Of a stretch of 64,000 nt of DNA, positions 20,543 to 32,344 are shown in pieces. Origin of the DNA: an uncultured Thiothrix sp. (GTDB taxonomy: Bacteria; Pseudomonadota; Gammaproteobacteria; Thiotrichales; Thiotrichaceae); assembly GCA_964498805.1 (NCBI GenBank), contig CAZCJE010000005.1:25176-89175 (forward strand), read 5' to 3'. The notes beneath the pieces are model-generated. The model did not search any database, was not told where the DNA came from, and saw nothing but the letters and a program-made list of their open reading frames with translations. Numbering within the stretch: position 1 is the stretch's first letter; the number at the start of each line of letters is the position of its first letter. The translations under genes and the position numbers were made by a program.

Positions 20543-21757
20543 CTAGTCCGCCTGTTTGCGCAAAAACGCTGGAATATCCAGATTACCGTCAGCACCGCTG
20601 CGACTGTAAGCTGGAATATCCAATACATTATTGGCATAACGGTTACTACCACCAGCGGGAACCTTTGGCGTTTGCTCAAGCTGTACAGGCTGTAACTGGC
20701 GTACACGTTCACGCTCACGCGCAGCTTTAGAAGGTTGAGGTGGAGGCGGTGGTTCTACAGCTTTCAAGGCTGGACGTGCGCCACCCATACCAAGTTCTTC
20801 CAGACCCGTTGCAACCAAAGTAACACGGATTTCATCACGCATATCCGGGTCAATAACCGTACCGACTACTACGGTCGCTTCATTGGAAGCAAACTGACGA
20901 ATGACCTCACCGACTTCTTCAAACTCATGGATACCCATATCCAGACCGGCGGTAATATTAACCAGAATACCTTTGGCACCGTCCAGACAAATATCTTCCA
21001 GCAATGGACTGGAAATGGCTGCCTGTGCGGCTTTAGCGGCGCGGTCTTCACCTTGCGCTCGGCCTGTGCCCATCATGGCTACACCCATATCAGACATAAC
21101 CGTACGCACGTCAGCAAAGTCCACATTGATCAGACCTTGACGGGTAATCAATTCAGCAATACCTTGTACTGCATTTAATAAGACATTGTTAGCTGCCTTG
21201 AACGCATCCAGTAACGATACATTTTTACCCAATGAAGTCAGTAGTTTCTGGTTGGGAATGGTAATCAGAGAGTCGACATGCTTACTTAACTCATTGATAC
21301 CATTATCAGCAGCCAGCATACGTTTAGGCCCTTCAAACGGGAAAGGCTTAGTCACGACAGCAACCGTCAAAATGCCCATATCGCGGGCAATTTCTGCCAC
21401 TACTGGAGCTGCACCCGTACCCGTACCACCACCCATACCGGCTGTGATGAATAGCATGTCAGTACCACTGACTAATTCTTTAATACGTTCACGGTCTTCC
21501 AAAGCAGCTTCCCGGCCAATTTCAGGGTTAGCACCTGCTCCGAGGCCTTTTGTCAGTGAGCTACCGAGTTGCAGAATGGTTTTAACTCCCTTAACTCCTA
21601 GGCCTTGCAGGGCCTGAGCATCTGTATTGGCACAGATATACTCAACCCCCTCAATACCAGACTCCAGCATATTCTTGACTGCATTACCACCGCCACCACC
21701 TACACCGATGACTTTTATTACAGCGCCTTTGGCTGCACTGTCCATTAATTCAAACAT
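20543..21757 (-). CDS. ftsZ: Cell division protein FtsZ
   Basis: [29 protein letters not shown], terminal [12 protein letters not shown]. Start MFELMD at 21757 with GGAG upstream. Confidence 0.99.
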   Translation of the reverse strand: MFELMDSAAKGAVIKVIGVGGGGGNAVKNMLESGIEGVEYICANTDAQALQGLGVKGVKTILQLGSSLTKGLGAGANPEIGREAALEDRERIKELVSGTDMLFITAGMGGGTGTGAAPVVAEIARDMGILTVAVVTKPFPFEGPKRMLAADNGINELSKHVDSLITIPNQKLLTSLGKNVSLLDAFKAANNVLLNAVQGIAELITRQGLINVDFADVRTVMSDMGVAMMGTGRAQGEDRAAKAAQAAISSPLLEDICLDGAKGILVNITAGLDMGIHEFEEVGEVIRQFASNEATVVVGTVIDPDMRDEIRVTLVATGLEELGMGGARPALKAVEPPPPPQPSKAARERERVRQLQPVQLEQTPKVPAGGSNRYANNVLDIPAYSRSGADGNLDIPAFLRKQAD

Positions 21758-21774
21758 GCCCGTCTCTCCAACTG

Positions 21775-23022
21775 TCAAAAATTACCGTTAAACCAAGATT
21801 TCAGGCGTTCCCACCACCCTTCAGGCACCACACTCTGGGAAGTAGTATAATAAGTACGCCTAGTCCCGTAAGCTTGCTGTGCAAGTCCGTACATCAACAA
21901 GCCTACTCCAGTAGAATGGATCGGGTTTTCAACCTCTCCACGCATACCCCCCATATTGCGGGGCATACCGATACGAACCGGCATGTGGAAAACTTCTTCG
22001 GCCAACTCGCGAACTCCACGCATTTTCGAAGAGCCGCCCGTCAGTACAATACCTGCACCAATTCTTTCCTCATAGCCACTACGCCGCAGCTCTTCTAGAA
22101 CCAGTAAAAATAGTTCCTCATAGCGTGGTTCAATCACTGATGCTAGCGTCTGTGCCGATAGACTGCGTGGTTCACGCTCGCCTACTCCAGGCACTTCGAT
22201 CAATTCATCTTCATCAATCAGTTGGCGCAATGCTCGGCCATACTTGATTTTGATTTCTTCCGCGCTTTGAGTCGGTGTCCTGACTGCGACTGCTATATCA
22301 TTAGTAACCTGATCACCCGCAATGGGAATCACTGCGGTGTGATGAATGGAACCATTGATGAAAATGGCAATATCACTGGTGCCACCACCAATATCAACCA
22401 GACAGACACCCAGTTCTTTTTCATCTTCTTCCAAAACAGCATAGCTTGACGCTACTTGTTCCAGAATAATATCTTCAACATGCAAACCACAACGTTCCAC
22501 ACATTTAACCAGGTTCTGGGCAGCACTGTGAGCCGCGGTTACCAAGTGAACCCTAGCCTCTAAACGAACCCCGGACATGCCGATAGGCTCGCGGATACCT
22601 TCTTGCTGGTCAATCACGTATTCTTGGGGTAATACGTGTAGAATGCGTTGGTCGGCAGGAATAGCCACTGCGCGTGCAGCATCCATTACTCGTTCGACAT
22701 CACCTTCGGTGACTTCCTTATCTTTTATGGCAACAATACCATGAGAATTCAAACTGCGAACATGGCTTCCTGCAATTCCCACATATACTGTACGTATTTG
22801 TGTGCCTGCCATCAATTCGGCTTCTTCAACGGCACGCTGAATAGACTGGATAGTTGACTCAATATTGACTACCACACCCTTTTTCATGCCGCGGGAGGGA
22901 TAAGAGCCAAGGCCAATGATTTCCAGACGTCCGTTATCGGTCACTTCACCTACCAAAGCCACTACTTTGGAAGTTCCCAGATCCAGCGCAACAATCACAT
23001 TATGCTCTATTTTCTTTGACAT
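21775..23022 (-). CDS. ftsA: Cell division protein FtsA
   Basis: [25 protein letters not shown]-terminal amphipathic WWERLKSWF. Confidence 0.98.
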   Translation of the reverse strand: MSKKIEHNVIVALDLGTSKVVALVGEVTDNGRLEIIGLGSYPSRGMKKGVVVNIESTIQSIQRAVEEAELMAGTQIRTVYVGIAGSHVRSLNSHGIVAIKDKEVTEGDVERVMDAARAVAIPADQRILHVLPQEYVIDQQEGIREPIGMSGVRLEARVHLVTAAHSAAQNLVKCVERCGLHVEDIILEQVASSYAVLEEDEKELGVCLVDIGGGTSDIAIFINGSIHHTAVIPIAGDQVTNDIAVAVRTPTQSAEEIKIKYGRALRQLIDEDELIEVPGVGEREPRSLSAQTLASVIEPRYEELFLLVLEELRRSGYEERIGAGIVLTGGSSKMRGVRELAEEVFHMPVRIGMPRNMGGMRGEVENPIHSTGVGLLMYGLAQQAYGTRRTYYTTSQSVVPEGWWERLKSWFNGNF

Positions 23023-23023
23023 C

Positions 23024-23839
23024 TTAACTCCTGCGGCTCATGCTTATCATCTCCAAGGAGCTAACCGGCGCTTGCTTCCATTCGATAGCAAAACCATTGG
23101 TGTAACGCAGATCAATTCGGCGAATTTTCCCCAACTGATTAGCCAGTTCCTTCTGGAATCCCACCTTGAACCGCTGTATGCGACGCTCCTGATCATCATT
23201 TCCTACCAAGACTTCGGGGCCATCCTTGATCTTGATTCTCCAGGTGCCACTTTCATCCTCAGTCAATTCTGCTATTTCCAATGGCATGCCTTTTAACCAC
23301 TGACGTACTTGCAGATAACGTTCACCCATTTCCCTGCCTTTATCTTCAGGACTATACAATAAAGGCAAGATACCTCGCATGGATGGCAAATTAGCTGCAA
23401 ACAATTCGCCATACTGATTCATAAGGCGATCACTTCCCCAAAATGCTACCGGGCGTTGTTCTTCGACATTCACAATTAACTGGTCAGGCCACGCTTTACG
23501 CAGACTCACCGCACGTACCCACGGCTGGAGTTCTAATTCAGTCTCCAGGGCATCTACATTCAGCAGATACAGGTTGGTCTGGGTATATTTATCAATGATA
23601 TTACGTAATTCTATATCTTTGATATATTCTAATTTACCTTGAATATCAATCTGACTGATGGGCATGTTTTCTGGATTATTTAGCACAGCGCGTGTACCTA
23701 GACTGGCACCTATTATCACCAATAATGAGGCTAGCAAGGTCGCCAGTCTTATCATAGCCGGTGACAAAACGGGCACCTGAAAGCCCAGAGGCTCGGAGCG
23801 TCTGGGCTTAGCAGGTACACGTCGCTGTGCGGTAGCCAT
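23024..23839 (-). CDS. ftsQ: Cell division protein FtsQ
   Basis: Single TM, POTRA (LQPWVRAVSLRKAWPDQL), IDLRYTNGFAIEW. Confidence 0.95.
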   Translation of the reverse strand: MATAQRRVPAKPRRSEPLGFQVPVLSPAMIRLATLLASLLVIIGASLGTRAVLNNPENMPISQIDIQGKLEYIKDIELRNIIDKYTQTNLYLLNVDALETELELQPWVRAVSLRKAWPDQLIVNVEEQRPVAFWGSDRLMNQYGELFAANLPSMRGILPLLYSPEDKGREMGERYLQVRQWLKGMPLEIAELTEDESGTWRIKIKDGPEVLVGNDDQERRIQRFKVGFQKELANQLGKIRRIDLRYTNGFAIEWKQAPVSSLEMISMSRRS

Positions 23840-24750
23840 TATAACGTTGTCTCCAGAATACGTACTACTAGCGCCTGAAAGTCTATACCAACGGCTTTTG
23901 CTGCCATTGGCACCAAACTATGATCCGTCATGCCGGGGTTGGTATTGACCTCAATCAACCAAACTTTGCCCTGATGGTCGCGCATCATATCCACACGCCC
24001 CCAACCACGCCCACCAACCGCAGCAAACGCTTGGCGTGCTAATACCTGCATGGCTTGCTCTTCTTCAGCCGTCAAACCACAGGGACAGTGATAACGGGTA
24101 TCATCAGAGATATACTTGGCTTCGTAATCGTACAACTCACCGGGGACTTCAATGCGAATCAGGGGCAAAGACTCGCCTGCAACCATGCCAGCGGTGTATT
24201 CACCTCCGACAATCCATTGTTCGGCAATGACGGTCGGGCTACAGCTAGCGGCTTTGGCATAGGCTTCAGGCAAATCTTCAGCCTTTTTCACTTTGCTTAG
24301 ACCAATACTAGAACCTTCAGTTGCAGGCTTGATAATTAATGGCAATCCTAATTCATCGACAATTGCCGCAAAATCGGTTTCTGCGGTTAAAACCCGATAA
24401 GCAGGTGTCGGCAAGCCTGCACCTATCCAGACTCGCTTGGTCATGAGTTTATTCATGCTGATAGCCGATGCCATCACACCACAACCTGTATAAGGCAGAC
24501 CGAGAATTTCTAAGGCACCTTGCAATACACCATCTTCACCCCCGGCACCATGCAGAATATTGAAGATACGGTCAAATTGACCTTGTTGCAGGGTTTGCAG
24601 GATATAACGATCCACATCAATACCATGCGCATCAACACCACTGGCTTGTAACGCTTGTAAAACGGCCTGACCGCTTTTTAAAGATACAGGCCTTTCCGCC
24701 GACCAGCCCCCGTACAATACTGCGACCTTGCCGAAACGATTCATTGTCAT
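23839..24750 (-). CDS. ddl: D-alanine--D-alanine ligase
   Basis: [44 protein letters not shown]. Confidence 0.97.
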   Translation of the reverse strand: MTMNRFGKVAVLYGGWSAERPVSLKSGQAVLQALQASGVDAHGIDVDRYILQTLQQGQFDRIFNILHGAGGEDGVLQGALEILGLPYTGCGVMASAISMNKLMTKRVWIGAGLPTPAYRVLTAETDFAAIVDELGLPLIIKPATEGSSIGLSKVKKAEDLPEAYAKAASCSPTVIAEQWIVGGEYTAGMVAGESLPLIRIEVPGELYDYEAKYISDDTRYHCPCGLTAEEEQAMQVLARQAFAAVGGRGWGRVDMMRDHQGKVWLIEVNTNPGMTDHSLVPMAAKAVGIDFQALVVRILETTL

Positions 24751-26180
24751 GCGCTTGCTTCCCCCTTGATTGCTAAAGCTTCTGGCAGGCTTGCTGCTAG
24801 TGCGCCCACACTACCAGCCCCTTGAGTCAGGATAACATCGCCATCTTGTAAGATATGTTTTAGTACACCTGGCACATCTTCTACGTCAGTGACGAAAATT
24901 GGGTCAACTTTGCCGCGAATTCGGATAGCCCGAGCTAATGTTCTACCATCTGCCCCGGGAATTGGTTTTTCACTGGCTGCATAAACATCCAGCAATACCA
25001 GCACATCGGTTTCAGACAATACCTGTGTAAAATCTTCAAACAGGTCACGGGTACGACTATAACGATGAGGCTGGAAAATCAGCACCAAACGCCGTTCAGG
25101 CCATGCATTACGCACTGCTTTAAGGGTAGCCAACATTTCACGCGGATGATGACCATAATCATCCACCAATGAAGCTATACCCTTGCCAAAGTCAATATCG
25201 CCATACATCTGGAAGCGACGGCCGACGCCATCGAATTTTTTTAGCCCTACAAGTATAGCGGCATCGGATACATCCAGCTCCTTGGCAATGGCAATAGCAG
25301 CCAATGCATTCAGTACGTTATGCCGCCCTGGTAAATTCAATACCACTTCTAGCCGACAATCGGTACGTGTGCATTCGACTGTAAAAAACGTTTGGGTACC
25401 GACAAAACGTACATTAGTGGCACGTACATCCGCGTCGCAATCAATCCCATAAGTAATCGATGGCCGATTGACCTCAGGTAAGATTTCACGCACGTGTTCA
25501 TCATCCACACACAACACCGCTAAACCATAAAACGGCAAATGATGCAGAAACTCCACAAACGTCTGTTTTAGCTTGGCAAAGTCGCCCCCATAGGTATCCA
25601 TATGGTCGGCATCGATATTGGTCACCACGGCGATCATAGGCTGTAAAAACAGGAAAGATGCATCACTCTCGTCCGCTTCTGCCACTAGATACTCACCAGT
25701 ACCCAGTTTGGAGTTGCTGGCCGAGCTATTCAATTTGCCGCCAATCACATAGGTAGGATCCAAGCCGCCTTCCACCAACAAACTGGTGGTTAAACTAGTG
25801 GTAGTGGTTTTACCGTGGGTACCAGCAACCGCAATACCGTGACGAAAGCGCATTAATTCAGCCAACATTTCAGCGCGGCGTACAATGGGGATGCGTTGCT
25901 CACGCGCAAGAATTATTTCCGGATTGGTATTATCAATGGCGGTTGAAACCACCACCACATCCGCGCCTTCGACATGTTCTGCCGCATGGCCTTTGAATAC
26001 TTTAACCCCAAGGGATTGCAAACGCCGCGTCATGGTATTTTCGGCCAGGTCCGAACCGGACACTGAATAGCCCAGATTGGCAACCACTTCCGCAATACCG
26101 CCCATACCAGCACCCCCAATACCAATAAAGTGCAGGCGGTTAATACGTTTGCGTGCCAGTTGGTCACTCCCTATCTTCAT
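24747..26180 (-). CDS. murC: UDP-N-acetylmuramate--L-alanine ligase
   Basis: [42 protein letters not shown]. Confidence 0.98.
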   Translation of the reverse strand: MKIGSDQLARKRINRLHFIGIGGAGMGGIAEVVANLGYSVSGSDLAENTMTRRLQSLGVKVFKGHAAEHVEGADVVVVSTAIDNTNPEIILAREQRIPIVRRAEMLAELMRFRHGIAVAGTHGKTTTTSLTTSLLVEGGLDPTYVIGGKLNSSASNSKLGTGEYLVAEADESDASFLFLQPMIAVVTNIDADHMDTYGGDFAKLKQTFVEFLHHLPFYGLAVLCVDDEHVREILPEVNRPSITYGIDCDADVRATNVRFVGTQTFFTVECTRTDCRLEVVLNLPGRHNVLNALAAIAIAKELDVSDAAILVGLKKFDGVGRRFQMYGDIDFGKGIASLVDDYGHHPREMLATLKAVRNAWPERRLVLIFQPHRYSRTRDLFEDFTQVLSETDVLVLLDVYAASEKPIPGADGRTLARAIRIRGKVDPIFVTDVEDVPGVLKHILQDGDVILTQGAGSVGALAASLPEALAIKGEASA

Positions 26181-27304
26181 TATTGCTTTCCTGTCTTATT
26201 TTGAAATTCATAGCCAGCATAAGCTGCACAAATGGCAGCGACTTGAGCGGTAGCATAAGGTTTGGCTAATTGTCGGGCAGCCACACTCATTTGCCGTAAT
26301 TTTTCTCGATTACCTAGTAAGTCATCCAACAAACTCGCCAGCTTTTCCGGCGTAAGATCAGACTGCTGGATTAATAAAGCAGCCCCATTCTCTGCCAGAT
26401 AATTGCCATTAGCAGTTTGGTGGTCATCTACCGCATACGGGAATGGCACCAAAATCGCCGCCACCCCAGCGGCTGCCAGTTCTGCCACTGTCAAAGCACC
26501 AGAACGGCAAATCACTAAATCTGCCCACGCATAAGCTTCAGCCATATCTTCAATAAAAGGCATAACCTCGGCTTCAACCCCGGTATTAGCATAGTGCTGA
26601 CGCGCATCCTCAAGGTGTTTAACCCCTGCCTGATGACGTACCATAGGACGCTTATCAGGTATCAGTTGTGCCAACGCTTGCGGTACCATCTGATTCAAGG
26701 CCTGCGCACCCAAACTGCCACCGATTACTAAAACATGCACAGGCTCATCATCACGATCCGCTAACCGTTCCAGCGGATTAGGCAAACTGGCTATATCCAC
26801 CCGTACCGGGTTGCCAGTGGCCATGACTTTTTGGCTAGCGGGGAAAGTGCCGGGAAAGCCTTCCAAAATACGCCGACTCACCCGACTCAGCAGTTTGTTA
26901 GTCAGCCCGGCTACGGCATTTTGTTCATGAATGACTACCGGTTTGCCCATTAAGGCAGCGACAAAACCACCGGGCCCTGCCACAAACCCGCCCATCCCCA
27001 GTACTGCGGCCGGTTGGTAGGTACGCATAATGCCAATAGACTGCATTAGCGCTTTGACGAGATTAATAGGGGCCATTAGTAAAGTTTTCCAGCCCTTACC
27101 ACGCACACCATTCACGTCTAGCCACGCCATTTCAATGCCCGCCTCAGGAATCACTCGCGCTTCCAGTCCTTTGCGAGTACCCATCCACACCACAGGAATA
27201 TTTTGTGCCATCAAAGCACGCGCTACTGCTAATCCGGGGTAGACATGCCCACCGGTACCGCCTGCGGTAATCAGAATGGGACGTTGTTTTGTATTATTTG
27301 TCAC
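26180..27304 (-). CDS. murG: Lipid II GlcNAc transferase
   Basis: [42 protein letters not shown]. Confidence 0.98.
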   Translation of the reverse strand: MTNNTKQRPILITAGGTGGHVYPGLAVARALMAQNIPVVWMGTRKGLEARVIPEAGIEMAWLDVNGVRGKGWKTLLMAPINLVKALMQSIGIMRTYQPAAVLGMGGFVAGPGGFVAALMGKPVVIHEQNAVAGLTNKLLSRVSRRILEGFPGTFPASQKVMATGNPVRVDIASLPNPLERLADRDDEPVHVLVIGGSLGAQALNQMVPQALAQLIPDKRPMVRHQAGVKHLEDARQHYANTGVEAEVMPFIEDMAEAYAWADLVICRSGALTVAELAAAGVAAILVPFPYAVDDHQTANGNYLAENGAALLIQQSDLTPEKLASLLDDLLGNREKLRQMSVAARQLAKPYATAQVAAICAAYAGYEFQNKTGKQ

Positions 27305-28559
27305 GGGTCGTTTTCCTTACTGTTTGGGCTTTGCGGACGGTGACTCGAGCCGTCGCTAACTTGTTTTTATCACTAGTCCCGCTATTGGGAATACGTGTTT
27401 CCCGATAGACCCGCATGACCAATGCGATTGCCATCAGGGTAATCATCAAACTACTACCCCCGTAACTAATCAGAGGTAATGTCAAGCCTTTAGGCGGTAG
27501 CAGCGCAAGATTGACCCCAATATGCATGATCACCTGCAACCCAACCCAAAAACCAACCCCATAGGCGACATAAGCACCAAAATGCTGGCCATTTTTATCC
27601 GCATGAAAGCCAATGATGAAAGCTCGGCGCACCAACCAGCCGAATAACACCAATACCACTACCATACCGACAAAACCGAATTCCTCAGCTAATACTGAAA
27701 AAATAAAGTCATTATGGGCTTCAGGTAGATAAAGTAGCTTTTGCATACCACCACCTAGACCAGCACCAAACCAGCCACCATCACCAATCGCCATTTGGGC
27801 ATTGACGGTTTGGTAACCTACAAAGCTGCCATCGTCACCAATCGCCCAAGGGTCCCAATACGCCAATAAACGCCTACCACGATAGCCAATAAAAGCTAAA
27901 GGCGTCAGGATTATAGCTGCCCCACCCAATAATATTCCTAAACGTTTCAGGGGAACGCCGCCCAAAAACAACAAGGCCATACCGGTAATGCATATCACCA
28001 TGGTGGAACCAAAGTCAGGCTCCAACATTAACAAAAACCCAGTCATACCCATGACGAGCAAGGGAATGGCTAAAGGCTTGTAAGAGGGTGAAGTCGCCAG
28101 ATGTTTGCCATGGCGAATTAAATAGCCCGACAAATAAAGCAGCATGATCAACTTGGAAATTTCCGAAATCTGTAACCGCGTGAAACCGATATTTAACCAA
28201 CGACGGCTACCATTTACTTCCACACCAATGCCCGGAATCAACACCAAAATTAATAACACCCAGATAATGGGTAACAGTTTGACGCCTAGGTTTTGCCAGA
28301 AATCAATGCGAATTTGATAGATGATAAAAGAAAATAACAGGCCAAGTCCCAAAAAAATAAACTGGCGCTGCAAATAATAATAGGGATTTTGATATTCTTT
28401 CTCGGCCACCCAGAAAGAGGCCGAGGCTAACATGACAATGCCGATACCCAGCAATGCCATTAAGGTAATGACTAATTCATAATCAATGTAATGACGCCAC
28501 GTTTTAGGCTCAACCGTTTTTGCACTAGTCGTCACCATCTGCGCAGCGTTTGAAATCAT
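27294..28559 (-). CDS. ftsW: Peptidoglycan polymerase FtsW (SEDS)
   Basis: GSRRW, EPDFG, YLPEAHNDFIF, LPLISYGGSSL. Confidence 0.97.
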   Translation of the reverse strand: MISNAAQMVTTSAKTVEPKTWRHYIDYELVITLMALLGIGIVMLASASFWVAEKEYQNPYYYLQRQFIFLGLGLLFSFIIYQIRIDFWQNLGVKLLPIIWVLLILVLIPGIGVEVNGSRRWLNIGFTRLQISEISKLIMLLYLSGYLIRHGKHLATSPSYKPLAIPLLVMGMTGFLLMLEPDFGSTMVICITGMALLFLGGVPLKRLGILLGGAAIILTPLAFIGYRGRRLLAYWDPWAIGDDGSFVGYQTVNAQMAIGDGGWFGAGLGGGMQKLLYLPEAHNDFIFSVLAEEFGFVGMVVVLVLFGWLVRRAFIIGFHADKNGQHFGAYVAYGVGFWVGLQVIMHIGVNLALLPPKGLTLPLISYGGSSLMITLMAIALVMRVYRETRIPNSGTSDKNKLATARVTVRKAQTVRKTTRDK

Positions 28560-29905
28560 GGTAGGCCTCTTACAGCATCACTAAAGACATCACCACGATG
28601 GGCATAGCCTTTAAACATGTCAAAACTCGCACAAGCAGGCGACAGCAATACATTATCACCCGCACGGGCGAGTTCAGCCGCAACTTGTACCGCTTCGGTC
28701 ATATCACGCGCCATTACATAGGGTGCAACCCCTTCGATCACAGCCGCAATTTTGTGGCGATCTTCGCCAATTAACACCAAAGCACGCGCTTTTTCAGCTG
28801 CTACCGCACGTAAAGGGGCGAAATCCGCGCCTTTACCTTGACCACCGGCAATCAAGACGGTTTTACCCGGCAAGCCAGCCAAAGCAGCTAAAGTGGCACC
28901 AACATTAGTGCCTTTGGAATCGTTGTACCAGTTCACACCAGAACGTTCCCGCACCCACTGCGTACGATGTGGCAAGCCGGTAAATTCGCGTAATGCCGCC
29001 AGCATTCCTTCCATAGGAATACCCGCTGCTTCGCCTAAAGCAAGCGCTGCCAAGGCATTGGCAATATTGTGTTCACCGGGCAATTTCATTTCATCGACGG
29101 CCAGCAATAGTTCATCGCCTTTTGCCAACCAACGTTTGCCAGCGCGCGCGCATACGCCATACTGCCCTGCAGGTGGATTATCCAGCCCAAAGCTGACACT
29201 ATCCTGGTAATCAACCACTTGCAGCATATCCATCACCAGCGCATCCTGACGATTCACCACTGCACACTGACAGTTTTGGTAAATCACCTGTTTAGCAGCA
29301 GCATAATCCGCATAGCTGTCATAGCGGTCCATATGATCTTCACTGACATTCAGCACCACGGCAGCAACAGCTTGCAAAGATTGGGTGGTTTCCAACTGGA
29401 AACTGGACAGTTCCATCACATAGACATCCGGGACGGGCTGCTCGAGCATATCCAATGCCGCATAACCCAAATTACCCCCAGCATAAGACGTCCAACCGGC
29501 TTTGCGTGCCATCAAATCCACCAAAGTGGTCACACTGCTTTTGCCATTGGAGCCAGTAATCGCGATTACCGGCGCTTTGGCAGCACGCACAAACAACTCG
29601 ACATCACCCATAATGTGCGCCCCACGTTCAGCCGCTGCCCGAATCTGCGGGGTTGCCACCGCAATACCGGGGCTTACGACCAAAGTCTGTGCCTGCGCAA
29701 ACCAATCTTCAGCCTTGGCAAAAGCGCCAAACGCATAAGGAACCTGTGGGAAACGGCTGACCAGTTCGTCTTTTCCGGGTGGATTTTCACGGCTATCCAC
29801 CACGGCAAAGGCAATACCTTGGGCCTGCAAATAACGGGCAATGGATAAACCGGTTTGACCCAAACCCACTACCAAGGTATCCCAGTTGTTGTGCTGTGCT
29901 GTCAT
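28556..29905 (-). CDS. murD: UDP-N-acetylmuramoyl-L-alanine--D-glutamate ligase
   Basis: GLGQTG, TGSNGKSSVT, ELSSFQL, DHMDRY, NDSKGTN, LSPACASFD. Confidence 0.98.
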   Translation of the reverse strand: MTAQHNNWDTLVVGLGQTGLSIARYLQAQGIAFAVVDSRENPPGKDELVSRFPQVPYAFGAFAKAEDWFAQAQTLVVSPGIAVATPQIRAAAERGAHIMGDVELFVRAAKAPVIAITGSNGKSSVTTLVDLMARKAGWTSYAGGNLGYAALDMLEQPVPDVYVMELSSFQLETTQSLQAVAAVVLNVSEDHMDRYDSYADYAAAKQVIYQNCQCAVVNRQDALVMDMLQVVDYQDSVSFGLDNPPAGQYGVCARAGKRWLAKGDELLLAVDEMKLPGEHNIANALAALALGEAAGIPMEGMLAALREFTGLPHRTQWVRERSGVNWYNDSKGTNVGATLAALAGLPGKTVLIAGGQGKGADFAPLRAVAAEKARALVLIGEDRHKIAAVIEGVAPYVMARDMTEAVQVAAELARAGDNVLLSPACASFDMFKGYAHRGDVFSDAVRGLP

Positions 29906-29918
29906 GCTGTCCTGTTCC

Positions 29919-30998
29919 TTAGCGAATTTTCAAAGTAGCCAAACCGATCATGACCAGAATAACGGTAATGATCCAGAAACGAACAATAACGCGCGGCTCC
30001 GGCCAGCCTTTTTTCTCATAGTGGTGATGCAAGGGTGCCATGCGGAAAATGCGTTTACCGCCAGTCGCCTTGAAATACCCCACCTGCATAATCACCGACA
30101 ACGTTTCCAACACAAACACGCCACCCATAATAGCCAGCACGATTTCCTGACGTACCACTACCGCGACAATACCCAAAGCGGCACCGAGAGCTAATGCACC
30201 AACATCCCCCATAAAGACTTGAGCGGGATAGGTGTTAAACCACAAGAAGCCTAAACCTGCGCCAAAAATAGCCGCACAGAACACCATCACTTCACCCGCC
30301 CCCGGAATGCGTGGAATCCCCAAATACTGGGAAATAGTGGCATGACCACTCACATAGGCAAAAATAGCCAGGCCACCGGCAACCATAATGGTTGGCATAA
30401 TCGCTAAGCCATCTAAACCATCGGTCAGATTCACCGCATTACTCGAACCAACAATGACCAAATAAACCCACGGGATAAAGAACCAACCCATTTGCCAATG
30501 TACATCTTTTAAGAACGGCACAAATAAGGTGGTTTCAGTTGGTGTATTGGTAAAGAACAGATAAAACGCGGCGACAAAACCAATTACCGTCAAACCAGCG
30601 TATTTTTGCTTGGCGGTTAAACCCAGATTACGGCGTTTTTTCAGCTTGATGTAATCATCCAGACCACCTACCAAACCAAAACCAAGCGTGACACCGAGTA
30701 CTACCCACACATAACGATTACGCAAATCCGCCCATAACAACGTGGAAACGGCAATCGCTAGAATAATCATGACCCCGCCCATCGTCGGCGTGCCCGCTTT
30801 CATTTGGTGTTGGGGGCCATCTTCTCGAATATATTGACCGATTTTTAAACGGGTTAAGGCCCGAATCATGCTCGGCCCTGTCCACAAGGCAATAAATAGC
30901 GCCGTTAGTAATCCCAAAATCGCCCGTAAGGTCAAATACTGGAATACATTGAAGCCGCGATAAAATTCACCCAAAAATTCAAACAACCATAACAACAT
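29919..30998 (-). CDS. mraY: Phospho-N-acetylmuramoyl-pentapeptide transferase
   Basis: [36 protein letters not shown]. Confidence 0.98.
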   Translation of the reverse strand: MLLWLFEFLGEFYRGFNVFQYLTLRAILGLLTALFIALWTGPSMIRALTRLKIGQYIREDGPQHQMKAGTPTMGGVMIILAIAVSTLLWADLRNRYVWVVLGVTLGFGLVGGLDDYIKLKKRRNLGLTAKQKYAGLTVIGFVAAFYLFFTNTPTETTLFVPFLKDVHWQMGWFFIPWVYLVIVGSSNAVNLTDGLDGLAIMPTIMVAGGLAIFAYVSGHATISQYLGIPRIPGAGEVMVFCAAIFGAGLGFLWFNTYPAQVFMGDVGALALGAALGIVAVVVRQEIVLAIMGGVFVLETLSVIMQVGYFKATGGKRIFRMAPLHHHYEKKGWPEPRVIVRFWIITVILVMIGLATLKIR

Positions 30999-32344
30999 TA
31001 TGCAGCCTCCTTGGCAGTACTAACCGTTAATGCCTCTACTACCCGTTCCATACGGGAAGAACGTGATCCTTTTACCAATACATTGGTGTCTGGCTGCAAA
31101 TCCTGTTGCAGTGCCACCAGCAAGGCATCCAGCTCCTGAAAGGCTTTGCCACCTTGGCCAAACTGCTGACTGGCACTAGCACTCAACTGACCTAATGTAT
31201 AAAAGCCGTCAATACCTGCTTGTGCGGCCTTTTCACCGATAAAAGCATGCAGTTCCCTGCCTGTTTCACCCAATTCACCCATATCGCCCAATACCATTAT
31301 TTTTTTACCATTTAATTCTGCCAAAACCTCAACAGCAGCAGCCGTTGATGTCGGATTGGCGTTATACGTATCATCAATCACCATACCACCGTGCTTACCA
31401 ACACGTGGACACAAACGCCCTTTGACAGGCTGCAGGGATTCCAACCCTTGAGCAACACTCGACAATGGAACACCCAAAGCCAACGCTGCTGCGGTTGCAG
31501 CTAGTGCATTGCGCTGGTTATGCCGCCCGAGCAGCTTTAGATTAATGACCTGTGTCTGCCCATACGCGGTCACACAGAACTGATTAGCTGCATTCATAGA
31601 GCCTTGTACATCCGCTGTCTGTGCAAGACCAAAACTCAATAGCCGACGCTCTGTATTTAGGCTACGCCAATAATCAGCATAGGTATCATCGGCATTAATA
31701 ACCGCGACACCTTCATCAGTAAGCCCCGCAAAAATTTCACCTTTAGCACGTGCAACCCCTGCAATATCTCCAAACCCTTCCAAATGCGCCGCACCAGCAT
31801 TATTTAAAACAGCAACGTTTGGGCGGGCAATAGCCGTTAGATACGCAATTTCACCAAAATGGTTCGCCCCCATTTCAATGACAGCAAATTTATGTTCCGG
31901 ACGTAACCGCAACAAAGTCAATGGCATACCCAGGTCATTGTTTAGATTGCCCAATGTAGCCAATGTTGACCCGTGCAAGGACAAAATAGCGGTAAGCATT
32001 TCTTTCAGCGTGGTTTTACCATTGCTGCCGGTCAAACCAATCACAGGACAGGTAAACTGCTGACGCCATGCTGCTGCTAAACGTCCTAATGCCAGTCGTA
32101 CATCATCAACAACTACTTGAGCAATCGGCGCATCCAACAACCGGGTTACCAGGACGGCACTGGCTTTCCCTGCAACTTGTGGCACAAACTCATGCGCGTC
32201 AAAACGTTCACCTTTCAGGGCCAAAAACAAATCGCCGCTTTGCACGAGTCTGGAATCACGCTCTACCCGTTCAATAGCAATATCCTCGCCATGCAAGCTA
32301 CCATTGGTCATACGGGCAATATCAGAAAGCCTTAACCAACTCAT
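30998..32344 (-). CDS. murF: UDP-MurNAc-tripeptide--D-Ala-D-Ala ligase
   Basis: [43 protein letters not shown]. Confidence 0.97.
   Translation of the reverse strand: MSWLRLSDIARMTNGSLHGEDIAIERVERDSRLVQSGDLFLALKGERFDAHEFVPQVAGKASAVLVTRLLDAPIAQVVVDDVRLALGRLAAAWRQQFTCPVIGLTGSNGKTTLKEMLTAILSLHGSTLATLGNLNNDLGMPLTLLRLRPEHKFAVIEMGANHFGEIAYLTAIARPNVAVLNNAGAAHLEGFGDIAGVARAKGEIFAGLTDEGVAVINADDTYADYWRSLNTERRLLSFGLAQTADVQGSMNAANQFCVTAYGQTQVINLKLLGRHNQRNALAATAAALALGVPLSSVAQGLESLQPVKGRLCPRVGKHGGMVIDDTYNANPTSTAAAVEVLAELNGKKIMVLGDMGELGETGRELHAFIGEKAAQAGIDGFYTLGQLSASASQQFGQGGKAFQELDALLVALQQDLQPDTNVLVKGSRSSRMERVVEALTVSTAKEAA

Noticed and set aside
24747-24750. No murB between murC and ddl
   Set aside because: murB is outside the dcw cluster in many Gammaproteobacteria; not unusual.
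29219-29848. 209-aa plus-strand ORF
   Set aside because: Fully antisense to murD, with no recognisable motif.
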